64,000 nt of DNA, from NCBI GenBank assembly GCA_030390025.1, contig CM059432.1, positions 74,898,001 to 74,962,000 of the forward strand, in the 5' to 3' direction. The stretch is from Squalus acanthias (taxonomy: Eukaryota). Under the pieces are notes generated by a model, which saw only the letters and a program-made list of their open reading frames with translations, did not search any database and had not been told where the DNA came from. The position numbers and the translations under genes were made by a program. Below are positions 62,310-64,000 of this stretch, one piece after another. Position 1 is the first letter of the stretch, and each line of letters begins with the position of its first letter.

Positions 62310-64000
62310 CAGAGACAGGCAGAGCGCCAGAGACAGAGACAGCGACAGGCGGAGCGCTAGAGACAGAGACAGAGACAGCGACAGGCAGAGCGCCGGAGAC
62401 AGCGACAGGCAGAGCGCCGGAGACAGCGACAGGCAGAGCGCCGGAGACAGCGACAGGCAGAGCGCCGGAGACAGCGACAGGCAGAGCGCCGGAGACAGCG
62501 ACAGGCAGAGCGCCGGAGACAGCGACAGGCAGAGCGCCGGAGACAGCGACAGGCAGAGCGCCGGAGACAGCGACAGGCAGAGCGCCGGAGACAGCGACAG
62601 GCAGAGCGCCGGAGACAGCGACAGGCAGAGCGCCGGAGACAGCGACAGGCAGAGCGCCGGAGACAGCGACAGGCAGAGCGCCGGAGACAGCGACAGGCAG
62701 AGCGCCGGAGACAGCGACAGGCAGAGCGCCGGAGACAGCGACAGGCAGAGCGCCGGAGACAGCGACAGGCAGAGCGCCGGAGACAGCGACAGGCAGAGCG
62801 CCGGAGACAGCGGCAGAGACAGGCAGAGCGCCGGAGACAGCGGCAGAGACAGGCAGAGCGCCGGAGACAGCGGCAGAGACAGGCAGAGCGCCGGAGACAG
62901 CGGCAGAGACAGGCAGAGCGCCGGAGACAGCGGCAGAGACAGGCAGAGCGCCGGAGACAGCGGCAGAGACAGGCAGAGCGCCGGAGACAGCGGCAGAGAC
63001 AGGCAGAGCGCCGGAGACAGCGGCAGAGACAGGCAGAGCGCCGGAGACAGCGGCAGAGACAGGCAGAGCGCCGGAGACAGAGACAGCGACAGGCAGAGCG
63101 CCGGAGACAGAGACAGCGACAGGCAGAGCGCCGGAGACAGAGACAGCGACAGGCAGAGCGCCGGAGACAGAGACAGCGACAGGCAGAGCGCCGGAGACAG
63201 AGACAGCGACAGGCAGAGCGCCGGAGACAGAGACAGCGACAGGCAGAGCGCCGGAGACAGAGACAGCGACAGGCAGAGCGCCGGAGACAGAGACAGCGAC
63301 AGGCAGAGCGCCGGAGACAGAGACAGCGACAGGCAGAGCGCCGGAGACAGAGACAGCGACAGGCAGAGCGCCGGAGACAGAGACAGCGACAGGCAGAGCG
63401 CCGGAGACAGAGACGGCGACAGGCAGAGCGCCGGAGACAGAGACGGCGACAGGCAGAGCGCCGGAGACAGAGACGGCGACAGGCAGAGCGCCGGAGACAG
63501 AGACGGCGACAGGCAGAGCGCCGGAGACAGAGACGGCGACAGGCAGAGCGCCGGAGACAGAGACGGCGACAGGCAGAGCGCCGGAGACAGAGACGGCGAC
63601 AGGCAGAGCGCCGGAGACAGAGACGGCGACAGGCAGAGCGCCGGAGACAGAGACGGCGACAGGCAGAGCGCCGGAGACAGAGACGGCGACAGGCAGAGCG
63701 CCGGAGACAGAGACGGCGACAGGCAGAGCGCCGGAGACAGAGACGGCGACAGGCAGAGCGCCGGAGACAGAGACGGCGACAGGCAGAGCGCCGGAGACAG
63801 AGACGGCGACAGGCAGAGCGCCGGAGACAGAGACGGCGACAGGCAGAGCGCCGGAGACAGAGACGGCGACAGGCAGAGCGCCGGAGACAGAGACGGCGAC
63901 AGGCAGAGCGCCGGAGACAGAGACGGCGACAGGCAGAGCGCCGGAGACAGAGACGGCGACAGGCAGAGCGCCGGAGACGGCGACAGGCAGAGCGCCGGAG
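62310..64000. repeat. GC-rich minisatellite with successive homogeneous blocks of 24- and 30-bp units, running off the window end
   Basis: 18x AGCGACAGGCAGAGCGCCGGAGAC (62377-62808); 9x AGGCAGAGCGCCGGAGACAGCGGCAGAGAC (62791-63060); 11x ...AGAGACAGCGAC (63061-63390); 19x ...AGAGACGGCGAC (63391-63960). Confidence 0.97.

Noticed and set aside
62310..64000. Tandem array as a CRISPR array or repetitive protein exon
   Set aside because: There are no unique spacers, the context is a eukaryotic intron, and no start or splice support exists. Open frames follow from base composition.

Overview
Vertebrate nuclear DNA, almost certainly a cartilaginous fish (shark-type repeat landscape; this is inference). 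The window holds the last three coding exons of clavesin-1 (CLVS1, + strand: 9730-9840, 14396-14631, 54046-54130) and, convergently, the last two coding exons of aspartate beta-hydroxylase (ASPH, - strand: 59475-59608, 58142-58292). About 4 kb of sequence with no recognisable repeats separates the two stop codons. The introns, especially the ~39.4 kb final CLVS1 intron, are packed with nested mobile elements. These include CR1 and L2 LINEs (one near full-length CR1 with an esterase ORF1), Penelope-like elements, tRNA-derived SINEs, non-autonomous hAT elements with 8-bp TSDs, and many PIF/Harbinger-type elements with 3-bp TSDs. The most unusual signals are minimal type I hammerhead ribozyme motifs in Penelope-type termini, including a ~224-bp insertion that is a 93-bp inverted repeat with an identical hammerhead on each strand. 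Also notable are a clean micro-inversion inside a CR1 ORF2 and a highly homogeneous T-free 24/30-bp tandem array at the window end. I found no evidence for a wholly new protein-coding system. Boundaries of old repeats are approximate.
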